Shown here piece by piece: positions 52,201-64,000 of a stretch of 64,000 bases of DNA (its first letter is position 1; every line of letters begins with the position of its first letter). The translations under genes and the position numbers were made by a program. The DNA lies in assembly GCA_050273025.1 (NCBI GenBank), contig CP158636.1, forward strand, positions 4,960,001 through 5,024,000. Reading direction: 5' to 3'. The notes under the pieces were generated by a model, which was given only the letters and a program-made list of their open reading frames with translations, was not told where the DNA came from and did not search any database. The DNA is from Cenococcum geophilum. Taxonomy: Eukaryota.

Positions 52201-55200
52201 ACTACTTATAAGTAATACTCCTAATTACCAATCTACTAAAAGGATCTAAGAATGGCAAGAAGTTAGGACCCTTTATATTTAGGGAAGCTATTAAGTAGGC
52301 TATAGACTGGTTAAAGAATTTATTTATATCGGCGCCTATCCTAATATACTTCTGCTAGGAGCTATATATATACCTTAAAACAGATACATCCGGCTTTACC
52401 CTAGGGGCAATTATATCTTAATTAAAAGACGGAAAATAGTATCCTATAGCGTTTTGGTTAAGAAAAATAACCCCTATAAAGCAGCGTTATATAACGTATA
52501 ACTAAGAGCTACTCGCAATAATCGCAGTAATAAAGTACTAGCGACATTATTATATAGGAAGCAATTATCCCATTAAAGTCCTTACAGACTATAACAACCT
52601 AAAATACTTTATAACTATAAAGGTATTAAGCGGTCGATAAGCGAGATAGGTAGAGGCACTATTATAGTATAACTTTAAAATTACGTACCGCCTAGGGAAG
52701 ATAAATCCTATTAATAGGTTATTAAGACGTCCGGATTACAAAATAGGGAGAATCTAGGATAGTATAGGGGAAATAATCCCCACATTATAAAATTTACTTA
52801 GAAAAAAAGAAGACTCTTTCCCTAGAACTATAGAATTTCGCGGTAGGGCAGAGGTCCTAGCAATACAGCTATAAAGTAATATAATTATGGAGCTGTAGGA
52901 TATAGTTATAGACTAGGTTATAGACTAAGCAGACGTTATAAAGTTAGCATACCCCAGAATTAGCGAGAATTCTATAGGATATGCTAGAGATATCGTGGCA
53001 CCTTTAACTTAACAGCGTATTAGCTACGAGTTTTCGGATCTAAGGGGGATAGGTAAAATACCTATCCGTAGCATAGCACACTATATAACGGTAGGAGAAT
53101 TTACTAGCACTAATAGTTTAAAATATCTCGTGCCACGCCTTAAGTCTATAATGGCGGTAGGTAAAATAAAAGTAAGTAATCTGCATAAAACCTTTCCAGA
53201 TCTTCTTCTTTAAGCTTAATAAAGGAACGCCTTCGCCTCTAGGGAAAGGTAAAAAGATATAGTAGAGACTAACTTAGCTAAAGTTACTAAGAAGCTATAG
53301 TAGCAAGACTAAAAGGGTCTGTTACGCTTTAAGGGTGCTATATATATCCTAAAGGACTAAGTAATTTAAGACGAAATTCTAAAGGTCTTCTACAATAACC
53401 CTCTTAGGGGTTACTATGGTGCCAATAGAACCCTTAAGGCCGTTTAAAGGAAATACTTTTAGGACGGAATGTCTAAAGAGGTTAAGGACTATATATTAAG
53501 GTATAATACGTGCCAAAGGATATAGATATCCAGGTATCGCCTATATAGCGAGTTATTAGTGCTTTCTATTCCGCAGGGACCTATATTAGAATTAACAATA
53601 GATTTTATTATAGGCTTACCCCCTACTAAAATAAGAACTAGAGAGGTTGCTAACGCTATCCTAGTAATCGTTAACAGGTATATAAAGTTTTCAAAATACT
53701 TTACTATTATAATAACGATCACGGTAGCAGAACTAGCAGACCTATTTTTAAAACAGTAGCTCTTGTTTAGTATACTAAGGGGAATCGTATCTAATAGAGG
53801 TACCGTATTTAACAGTGTATTCTAGTCTTTATTCTATCTCTTATTAAAAATACGGCGAAGGATAAGTACTACCTTTTACCCGTAAACAGATGGGCAAACA
53901 AAGCGTCTAAATGCGTTATTAGAACACTACCTCCGCTGCTATATTAATTATTAACAGGATAATTAGATATTATAGTTAGCTCTAGCGCAGCATGTATATA
54001 ATATAAGCATCTATAGTAGTATAAAAATGACCCCTTATAAAGCATTGTTTGGGGTAAAAGTAAATAACCCCTAGAACGTTAAGGATATCGTTTCTAAAAG
54101 AAAGGCACTAGCAGTATCCGAAAGAATTAAGTAAATAAGAATTCGCAGAGAGGAACTTAAAAAGCACTTACTAGACGCCCAAGCTGTATAAAAAAGGTAC
54201 TATAACGAAAAACATATGCTAAAAGAATTCGAAATAGGAGACGAAGTCTTACTATTTATAAAAAATATCCGAATAAAACGCATTAAGAAGAAGCTAGATC
54301 ACCGGTAGCTCGGACCCTTTAAGATAGTTAAGAAAACTAAAGGAAACCAAGCCTATAAATTAGAATTACCGAAATCTTATCTAATATATCCTATATTTTA
54401 TATTTCCTTACTAGAGCTATATTAGAGAAGAGATAGTGCGGAACCGCCCCTACCTAGCGAAATTAATAGGGAACTAGAATAGAATATAGAAGACATTCTA
54501 GACTAAAGATAGCGCCAAAAGAAGCGCAAATTTTTAGTTTATTAGGAAGGATACTCTTAGGCGCATAACAGTTAGGAACCTAAGGAGTACCTTTAGCTAG
54601 GATATAACACCGTAATTAAAACCTTCCTAAGAACTAAAGGTAAAGACTTAGAAATGGTTCTAGATATACTATAGGTAAAGTAACAGGGAAGACCCTATAA
54701 ATTAAAACTATAGGATTAAGCATAGGCATTAAGAACGGAAATGTTTTACTATTATAATAGGGATCTTAGAATCCTATAAGAGGAAGCCTATAAGAATCTA
54801 TAGGAGAACTACTAGGGATACTATTTAAAGAAGACGCTATATAAGAAGGAGCAGTAGCACTATAAGAAGTGGCCTTAGGGATTTAGAAAGATCCCCTAGG
54901 GATAAAAGAAGAGTATCTAGCCTAGCACCAAAGATACGCAGTAGAGTTAATAGTACGAAGAGGAGCAAAAGGATAGCCTATAAAGAATTAGAAATTTTAA
55001 GGAATTATAAGGCACCTATAGGAATACCACCCGTTTATTATATATAGGGATTATAGTAGTGCACTGCGTTTATATAGATTATTACTAAAGCTTAGAATAA
55101 AGGTATCCCTAAAGTATAAAGTTAATTCTTAATAATAGGGCATCCTAAAGGCACCCGAGAGGCACTATATAAAGCTATTTTATAAGAAAAAGGAAAGAGC

Positions 55201-56952
55201 TAGGTAATAACTTAAATACTAGCAGCAGTAATAGGAGCCTCCTCTTCCATCTTAATGTTATTATTAATGGTATTATCGGCTCCTTTATCCCTAGAAGCAT
55301 TAGCACTTCTACTAATATTCTTCTTAGAATAATAGGTACTAGAAGGACTAGTATAGGCGGGAGACTAGTAAGGAGAACGTTTATCTTAACCTTTATTACT
55401 ATCCTTAGTATCCCTAAGTTCTAAATCAGCGTCTAAGTAGGGATTAGAGAGATGTTAGCTAAAGAAGTTAGCACAGTTCCTAAGTAAGTTACTAAAGAAA
55501 CTTACCTAGCTAAAGTAGCCCGCATAAGAGTATAAATGTTATTATTAATAAGAATAAGCTGTTTATATATACGCTTCTAGACACTATATATCCGAGAATA
55601 TTATATCTCTATAGTAGTAGAAACCCTTATAGAATTAAAGAGTTTGTAAGTAAGGGAAGATACCTTCTATCCCCACCTATTACTATTAGGATATTAGCGG
55701 AAATCTTAAATAGCGCGTTGGAGCCTATAAGTCTTATACGTATAGATAGTAGGGATTTAGTATAATTAGTAAAATCTAGAATAGAACGGAATAGGAAATA
55801 CTAGGACGTAGGTCTTTCTCCTACTACAATAATAGGAGCACTTAGATTTGTTTTTGCTAGAGCGAGGCATCTTATAGATGTAGGAAGGATCCTATATAAG
55901 AGTATAAACGTAGCAACGATAGTATTTTAGGAAAACTGCTATAAGAGTAATAGACGCTGTCTAGGGCGTCACCGGGAGATTAATAATACTGCCGCCGGTT
56001 TAGGGACGCGTAGAAGGACTATGAGCCATTATAAGAGAATACTTTAAGAAGTTAGCATTATTATAAGAGATAAGGTAGGGATCCTGTTGCTTATAAACGC
56101 GTTAAGAAAAGATAACGAGGTAGTAATGGAAGTATGGCTAGAGATATAGAAGCTAAAAGGCAAGATATAATAAAAACAGCCTGTTTAAGAACGAGACAAA
56201 TAGTATTATTAATAAAAGGACAAGGGAGAGACAACGACTTATAAACAAAAAGAAATTAAAATAAAAGACGTTATTATTAAGGCCCATTTAGGTAAATGGG
56301 AATAGTAGTTAGTTAACGCGTTATACTAGATAACCTCTAGATCCATTTATAATAAATTTCTAAAATTAAAGAGGTAAATCCCACTAAATTTTTATTACTA
56401 TTATTAAAATCCTATTACGAAAACACTATAAGGAGCTAGGGTAAGAGAAGAGTAGAGGAATAAAAGATAAAGTAAAGTTCCGCGCTAGTAAAGAGCCGGC
56501 GATAAGTCATATTATAGAGTACCTTTCTACTAAGGGTTTCCCTAGTAGTTTTAGCCGGAACTCTATAAAAGCTTAGTAGAGGCGAAGTCTTAGAGGACTA
56601 AGACCCTAAAAGGGGAGGCAATTATAACGGAATCCCCTAAGAGGTATATATCCAATAAGACGGTAGGAGGTTTTATCTATATCCCATCTATGTTCTAAAA
56701 GACATAGTTAAACAGGTTAGGGGCGAAAGGTTTTACTAGCGTCTTAAAAGAAATATATAGGAAGCTAGTTCCCCTCTAGAGAAGAACTAGTAATTAGTCT
56801 CTAAATAGAAGTGGTTAGAAGTATTTGTCCTTTAATACGTAAAACTTATTCTACCTTTAACTTACCTTTAACTTACCTTTAACTTACCTTCTACTTACCG
56901 GTAATACTGTTAATTAGATAATCATACGTTCCGGTTAAGCTGGCCTCTTACA
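49260..56952 (+). mobile_element. Gypsy family C, copy 2, full length
   Basis: LTRs 49260-49578 and 56623-56952; TSD CTAAC; collinear with copy 1. Confidence 0.97.
55000..56029 (-). pseudogene. Antisense spliced accessory gene, Gypsy C copy 2
   Basis: ATG 56029; retains an unmutated KCS Cys codon; intron 55459-55505 with GCTAAC branch site; 3' end uncertain. Confidence 0.6.
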
Positions 56953-58394
56953 CTAACGCCCTATTTAAGAAATTAAGGCTTATTATCTAAGGTTATAATA
57001 ATAATGGTAGGGGGGTAATTCTTATACAATCTTCTATAATTTAACGAGCTAGTTAGTAAGTTATTATTGCGCTAGCTTCCCCCTTAATAAAGAATAGAAT
57101 AGCGGTTTATTTATAAGATATTACCTAGGCCTATGCCTAATTAGAGACGCACCTTTAGCACTTAATATTGGCATACCTTTTAGAGTAAATTCGCCACTAA
57201 TATCCTAAAGATATAATTATGGTTGTACTTAAGCTATTATATAGAATTATAGAGGTAGGAACTTATTAGTGGGCTACCTATAGTAAGTACTATAAAGAGA
57301 AACTTTTAATAACTACTTCTATATTTAATCTATGCTTCTTTATTATAACTATAGGAACCCTATTTAGAATTATTGGCATATAAACTAATAATATAATTAT
57401 CTTAGGAGACGACCAATTCTTAGCTCTTAAAGAAAATAAGCTAGTAAAGGTAAATCTTATAATAAAGCTAAGGGAAAAGCTTAATTTAATAATACTATTA
57501 TTTTTTAATAAATGTATCCTCTCCTTAAATAAGGATTCTATTGCTTTACGCTAGAAGGGTTAAGGTAAGAAGATTAACGTTATTAACGTTAATTCTCTAA
57601 AGTAAGGATATATAGAGCAACGCGTTTACAGAGCTTATGTTACTTCTATCTATTAACCTAAGGCTTTATTTAATCTCTCTATTACCACCTAATACTAGAA
57701 ACTAACTAAGGATAACGTTCTTATCTTAAATAAACGTCTTTTTTAGTAAATAAACTATCTAGATTAGGGACTACTTTATATACCTATTAATCTTCCTACT
57801 ACTAAGCTCTTTGTGTTTATTAATAGATCGTTTATAAATAATAAAGACTTTAGCTCCTAGTTAGAATATAAAATTATTATCGTAAACAAATCTACTAGAG
57901 AAAATAACTTTATAATTTATAGTAATCTTATCTATTAGAGCTTAACTAAATGTAAGCGCGTTACTTAAAGCGTTCTAGCATTAGAGATATATAAAATAGT
58001 TAGCGGAGTTAATATAGCAATTATAATTAGAATTACCCTAAAGATAATTATATATTAACTCGAACTTCCCGTTATTTCTATAATTGTATACACTAACTTA
58101 TACTCCCTCTATAAGTATTTAGTTAAGCTTAATACCATAAAGAAGAAGCGCCTTATAATTAATATTATAGCACTTTAGCAATTCTATAAACAGTAAGAAC
58201 TCTTTAAAATTTAATAAATTAACGGCTAAAATAACCTAGTAGATATAATAATAAAGGTAAACCTAAACAAGGCTCTAGAGATATTTATTAATATAAATAC
58301 TCTATATATATAAGTTAAAGGTTAGGTTAAAAGGGAGTAGGAGTAAGATATATATTATAATGGCAATAATTAATAGGTACGTACTATGCGCTAT

Positions 58395-58678
58395 TATAGC
58401 TTAGTAGAATTTGGTAGAAGTCTATAGCTTAGCAGAATTTAGTAAAAGTTTATAGCTTAGTAGAATTTAGTAGAAGTTTATAGCTTAGTAAAATTTCGTA
58501 GAAGTTTATAGCTTAGCAGAATTTAGTAGAAGTCTATAGCTTAGCAGAATTTAGTAAAAGTCTATAGCTTAGTAAAATTTAGTAGAAGTCTATAGCTTAG
58601 TAGAATTTAGCAGAAGTTTACAGCTTAGTAGAATTTAGTAGAAGTCTATAGCTTAGTAGAATTTGGTAGAATTCTATA
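58395..58678. repeat. 28-bp tandem repeat (TATAGCTTAGTAGAATTTAGTAGAAGTC), about 10 units
   Basis: Period of 28 confirmed at 58395, 58423 and 58451. Confidence 0.92.
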
Positions 58679-59016
58679 GTGTAGTAGAATATAGTAGATT
58701 GTAGTAGGTTGCGGCAGATTGCGGTAAAGTATAGTCTTATAACTAGGCCTAATTAGTAGGCGTATATAAGGTATTATAGGGTAGTCCTATAACGCTATAT
58801 AAGTTAAGTGGTATCTATATATATAGATGGCAACTATAAAAGAAGAGTTGCTAGTGTCGGGAATAAGGCAAGCGGTTATATATCGCCGCGGCACTAGCGT
58901 AGCGAGGAGTCTTAAGCTCCTCGTCCTTCCTTATTCTAAAAACAAGCATTATTAATACACATTACTGTAACCTACTCAAGTAGTCGTTATTAGTAAGTCA
59001 CCCTGTGTGACTAATA

Positions 59017-60905
59017 GGGTTTAATATTTTTTAACTATTATGCTATAAACCTTCTATAGTAGTTACAAAATCCTAAAAATAACCTTAATTATATTACGTT
59101 CTTTAGTTCTTACTAATTTACTATAGCTTTAATCTTCTTTAGGTCTATACTAATATAACTTAGTTTAATAATAAATCTAATAAAATCCATCTTCCTTATA
59201 AAGAACTTATATTTTTTAATTGCTACTAGTATCTATTTTTTTTATAGTTTCTTTAAGACCTATTTAATATACTCTCCGTGTTTTTCCTTAGTTATTAAAT
59301 AGATAATAATATTGTCAAGGTATACTATAATAAACTTATTAAGATATTCTTCTAATACACTATTAATTTGCTTTTAGAACGTTACTAATATATTTATAAG
59401 TCTAAATTATATAACTAATAGTTTATATAGTTCTTCCTTTAACCTAAAGGCTGCCTTTTATTTATTGCCTTTTTTAATTCTGGTCTAGTAGTATACCTGT
59501 CTTAGATTTATCTTTATAAAGATTTACGCATTACCTATTTAATCCTAAATTTTGCTAATTAAGGGCAAAGGATACTTATTCTTCTTAGTAATGCTATTTA
59601 ACTGTTTATAATTAATATATAGACTAAGCTTTCCGTTCTTCTTTAGTATAAATAGTACTAAATATCCCGCTAATAACTGCGATAGTCTAATATATTCTTT
59701 TTATAAATTTTCCTAAATAAACTCCTTAAGTGCTCTTAACTCTTCTTTAGTTAGCTTATAGATTAGGAAAAACTTTAGACTTATTTCTAGTTCTAATTCA
59801 ATTTTATAGTTCTATACTATATACTCTAATAGCTTTTTACTTTCTAGGCTTTATAGTTTTTTACTATACTTATAGTATCTCTTTAGTATATAAGATAACC
59901 CTTTCTTAGTTTCCTTATATATTACTCTAACTTAGTTCTATACTATTTTAGTTACTATATATATTTTACGTTATTAAATATCTATAATATTAACTTAACC
60001 TATAATCTAATTAATCTTTAGATTATACTCTTATAACTACGGCATTTCTAATACTGCCTTATCCCGTCCTAATAGTAGAATATTAAAAGACATCTTAATT
60101 TATTTCCCTTTAGTAGTTATCTAAATAGGTTTTATTTTAAGATTAACAATACCTCCTCTATAGGCTATTAAATCTCCTAAAATAATAACTAATAGATAAG
60201 GGTCCTTTTTCTATCTATAAGGCAATCCTATCCGCTTAACTGCTATTAGTAAGGTATAGTTTCTTATTACTTCACTATCTATTAATGCTTTAAACTGTTA
60301 ATTTTACTAATTAACTTATAAATTTAGGTATTGTCCTTAAATTCCTTTAAGGGTTTAAGGCTTTACTATTAGCTTTCTCTAGTCCTATAGGCCTTTACTT
60401 TTCCTAACTACTAGCTGCTTAATTCTTATATACTTAGCTTATTCTTTAACTAATACCTAGTTCGCTTTTTATCCTTAATATACTATAAATATATATTCTC
60501 TAGGTATTCCTACTACTATTATTTATTTAAGTATTCTTCTATAAGGAATCTTTTTAGTTAAAGTATTAAGTCTTCTAACCCCTAAACTTCTACTAGATAC
60601 TATCTATATATATATTTAGTATTTTTATACTATTACTTATTTAGTACCTAATATATTCTTATAGGGTACTTCTAATTTCTTTCTTTTAGATTCTTATGTA
60701 TATTGTATATATTATCTATATATGCAATCTATACTAATATATAATACGCTAGGTGTCTTAGATTAACTCTTAGCTTATTTTTATTTTTAATCTAAACGTT
60801 AATTTCTTATTTATAGGTACTATAATTTACCTTTTACTTCTCTAGTCCTCTAATCTTTCTTTTAGATTTCTTAACGTTATAATTAATACTCCTTTAATAT
60901 AACTT
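59017..60905 (-). mobile_element. Gypsy A-related fragment (gag end-PR-RT)
   Basis: Reverse complement is similar to about 5790-7650. Confidence 0.9.
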
Positions 60906-60909
60906 ATAC

Positions 60910-63900
60910 ATTTTACTTCCAAATAGGACAAAGATTTGGAGCTCTTGCTACACCCGGCCCAAAAGACTAAAACCAACTAAAAGAACCCTGAAAAACACCT
61001 AGAGAATCCCCTTAAGATGCATGCATTACAGGGGAGGCACATATTAAACGACGGTGGTTCGCACTCGCGCGCGTCCACCAGAACTACGCCTAGCAATGGC
61101 CCTCCATAACAAGAATAGGCGAATACCACACTATAAAGCGAAAAGACCTCTATTAAGAAGGTATCTAACAAAATATAAAGCCTATTAGACGCGTCTAATA
61201 TCCGCAGTTATAGGGGAGTAACCGTTAGCTATAACGAACTAATGCAGCTAGTAGAATGGCTCCGCTAGCCTAGCGAACCTTAGGCGCCCCTCTAGTAAAC
61301 CCTTAATTAAATTCTCTAACGGCTAAATAAAATTAAAAATAAATAAAACCCCTCTTTACCGGCGAACCGCACTTGGGCCGCCATAGCTGTATATCTACAG
61401 TATAGGGAACCTACCCCCCTAAAGATAATATTTAGGTATATAATTATAATATAACCAAATATAGAAAAAGCAGAGGGGCTTAGGGGATAATTAGAAATAG
61501 AAGTCCTTATAAAGATTCGCAAAGAGGTCTATAACGCTGTTATAGTCCAACACCTTAGGAGCGGAGATATTAGAGTTACCCTAAGGGACTAATAGGTAAA
61601 GGAATAAGCCGTTAAGGTAGGGGATAAGCTAAAAGAATGTATTAGTATAAAAGTACTCTATAAAGATTACCTAGTTAAAGTCCTAGTGGTTCCCCTAAGC
61701 CTTAGGGTAGAAAAGGGACGCTAGGCGGATAATACAGCAACTATATATAAGATAGTAAAACAAACGAAACGCTTTATATTAGGATTTAAGATTACCTAAA
61801 TTTAATAGCTTTAATAGAAAAATATAAACTAAGTATATAATAAGAATAATAAAAGAATATAAGGGTCGCCAGAGACTTGCTAGGGAAACGCCAGTCGAAT
61901 ATATAGCTCCCTTATTATTAGTACATATATACTAGGAATGTAAAAACTCCTTATTTAAAAAGGTATTATTATAAATGGCCTTATATATAACGTAAGGCTC
62001 TATAACCACAGACTTTACCTAAAATAATATTATCGCTGTGTATAATAGGGGCACACCTAATCTACATGCGCAGTATAGGTATGCTGCGGCCATTATGCAG
62101 GCCCCTATAATATAAGACACTACTTAAATTAAAACTAAATAAAATGCGTAAACTGCTACTAAAGCATATATAAGGTATAGGAGAGAGAAGACTACATTAA
62201 ATATAGGAGACGGAAGGTAAGGGCTTAATAGCTACGGGAATAACTGTACGCTAAGTTATATAAATGGAAACAACAGGCGATAAGCTAGGGGGCGTAGGTG
62301 CCTTTCTAGCGTTTCCTACCTTTAATACTAGGGGGCTAGGCTAGCTATCCCAAGCCTTAACGGGCCAGAAGCGACGCCGCGTAATATTACTAGACTGTAT
62401 AGGGATATAAGGGTCATAGGGGATATAAGGGAGAGGACGCCCCTATAGAAAGACCCTTATAGATAGCTATAGTAAGCTTAAGACCGGGATAATTAAGAAT
62501 TAGACTTAACGCGGTAAATATAATATTTATAGCCGACTCTTAAAGGGTATATAGCTAATTAGTAAGAACAGGGGAAGAACTAGAGATAATAATAGATTTA
62601 GATATAGAAGCGCTAGTAGGAACACAAGATATAGGAATGGAAAGCTCTATATAAAATAAGTAGTAACTAGGGTATAGATATAAGAGATAGAAGTTTTAAA
62701 TATCCTAAAGAAAGTGGAAATAGAAGAAGCGAGGAATAATAGAGAGGCGAAGGACCCTTCCTAGGGGTCCGCTACCTATCTATTATACAGTATAACTATA
62801 GCAACACAAACCACCGTCTTATAAGGCCCTTACTAGACAGTCTAGACCTAGAGAAACACTATATCCTTGCTATATAAGAGCCGTACTATAATACCTATAT
62901 ATAATTAATATACTGCCCCTAAGGATTTCAGCTCCTATATAAACCAAAAGCAGCTATACGCGTATGCTTTATAATTAGTAAGACTATTAGCCTATCCTTA
63001 TAGTTATAGTAGGCAGTTAATCTAGATATTATAGTTGTAATAATCTAGATATATAGAGGACCGGTATAAATTATTAATGTATATAACCCAGGGTTAAAGG
63101 GGTCCCATAAATAGAGAATATTATATTAGTAATAAGCCTACTTAAAACCGAAGGTATAGAGTCTATTCTATTAGGAGATATAAACCTCTACCACCCGCGG
63201 TAGGGGGGTATCTACGTCGCTACTAAATGATAGGTAGAGTGCCTACTAAAAGCTATAAATACCTGGGGCCTTAAGCTAACTACCCCCCCTAGAGCAATTA
63301 TATGGCAATAAGGACCCGCTAGAAGTATAATTAACCTTATATTTATAGACAAAGGTCTATACTAGAGACTTAAAAGGTATAACCCTAAAGAAGAATAGGC
63401 ACTTACCTTAGACCATATCCCTATCCAAATATAGCTAGATTTAGACATTAAGGCGTAACTAAATAGTAAAAGATATGTAATAAGGATGCTTAAGGTAGAC
63501 AGTTTCCTTAATATAGTAGAATAATAACTCTAAGACCTAGAAGAAATCCACCTAATACCAAATAAGCGAGGCTTATTAGCTACCCCTAAGGAAATTAACT
63601 AAAGACTAGAAAGGATCTAGGCAGCGATTAAAAATAGGCTAAAAGAGTACTGCCCGGTCTTAAGACCGGGCCCCTACACGCGATATATATGGTCCATATA
63701 ATGCGTAGTTTTTATAGCTAGCCAATAATAAGTAAGAAGGAAATACTTAAGTAGCTATAACCCTAAAGATAAGAGATAATATAAAGACATAAGAAACCAG
63801 TTAAAGAATACCCTAAAAAAAAAAGGAATAACTGGAGACGATTTATAAACGAGTATACTTTTAACCCGAGCCTCCCCTATAATAAGGGCCTGTGGGCTAT

Positions 63901-64000
63901 AGTAAAATAGGCAAAGAAAAAGGTAGGGCAACTAGTAGAAGACTTATACCTATTACCCCTATAAAGAGCAGGGGAATTACAGGCCACTAATAATAATAAT
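60910..64000 (+). mobile_element. Tad-like LINE relic: 5' UTR, ORF1 (about 61020-62660), ORF2 endonuclease (from about 62740); continues beyond the window
   Basis: ORF1 knuckles at 62026-62170; de-RIP APE motifs QYN, ILAIQEP, INVYNP, GDMNLHHP.WGG, IDL, SDH.PI. Confidence 0.9.

Larger units (their letters stand above)
48890..59016 (+). mobile_element. GalEa-type Copia, 5'-truncated (RT-RNaseH-3' LTR), related to 14951-21037
   Basis: Collinear with the reverse complement of 15530-17275; same PPT; 162-bp LTR 58855-59016. Confidence 0.9.

Noticed and set aside
14853..61522. Remaining small ORF-track entries
   Set aside because: They are chance antisense or LTR frames, or stop-free scraps of TE pol (17668-17889 and 53559-53759 are integrase pieces).
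1..64000. rRNA, tRNA, telomere repeats or a Starship tyrosine recombinase
   Set aside because: No recognisable conserved motifs or TTAGGG arrays by eye; tRNAscan-SE and HMM searches were not run.

Overview
Fungal (filamentous-ascomycete-type) heterochromatic DNA made almost entirely of nested transposable elements degraded by repeat-induced point mutation (RIP: CpA>TpA / TpG>TpA, TA-rich, stop-riddled ORFs). I find no intact host gene or RNA gene. Content in order: GC-rich minisatellite module; Fot1/pogo relic carrying a MITE and a Tc1 (DD34E) element that holds a full chromoviral Gypsy (family A); second minisatellite module plus a 269-bp foldback; Copia relic invaded by Gypsy B (holding a GalEa-type Copia, a Harbinger MITE and a solo LTR) and Gypsy C; Tigger/pogo holding a second GalEa Copia; Gypsy A/B fragments; ORF1-only LINE derivative; third GalEa Copia holding a second Gypsy C; Tad-like LINE running off the end. 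Most boundaries are fixed by LTR/TIR pairs and target-site duplications (TSDs). The best candidate for an under-described system is an intron-containing antisense Zn2Cys6-like gene between pol and the 3' LTR in two distinct Gypsy families. Family letters are my own labels. Protein motifs are manual de-RIP reconstructions, and pseudogene ends are approximate.
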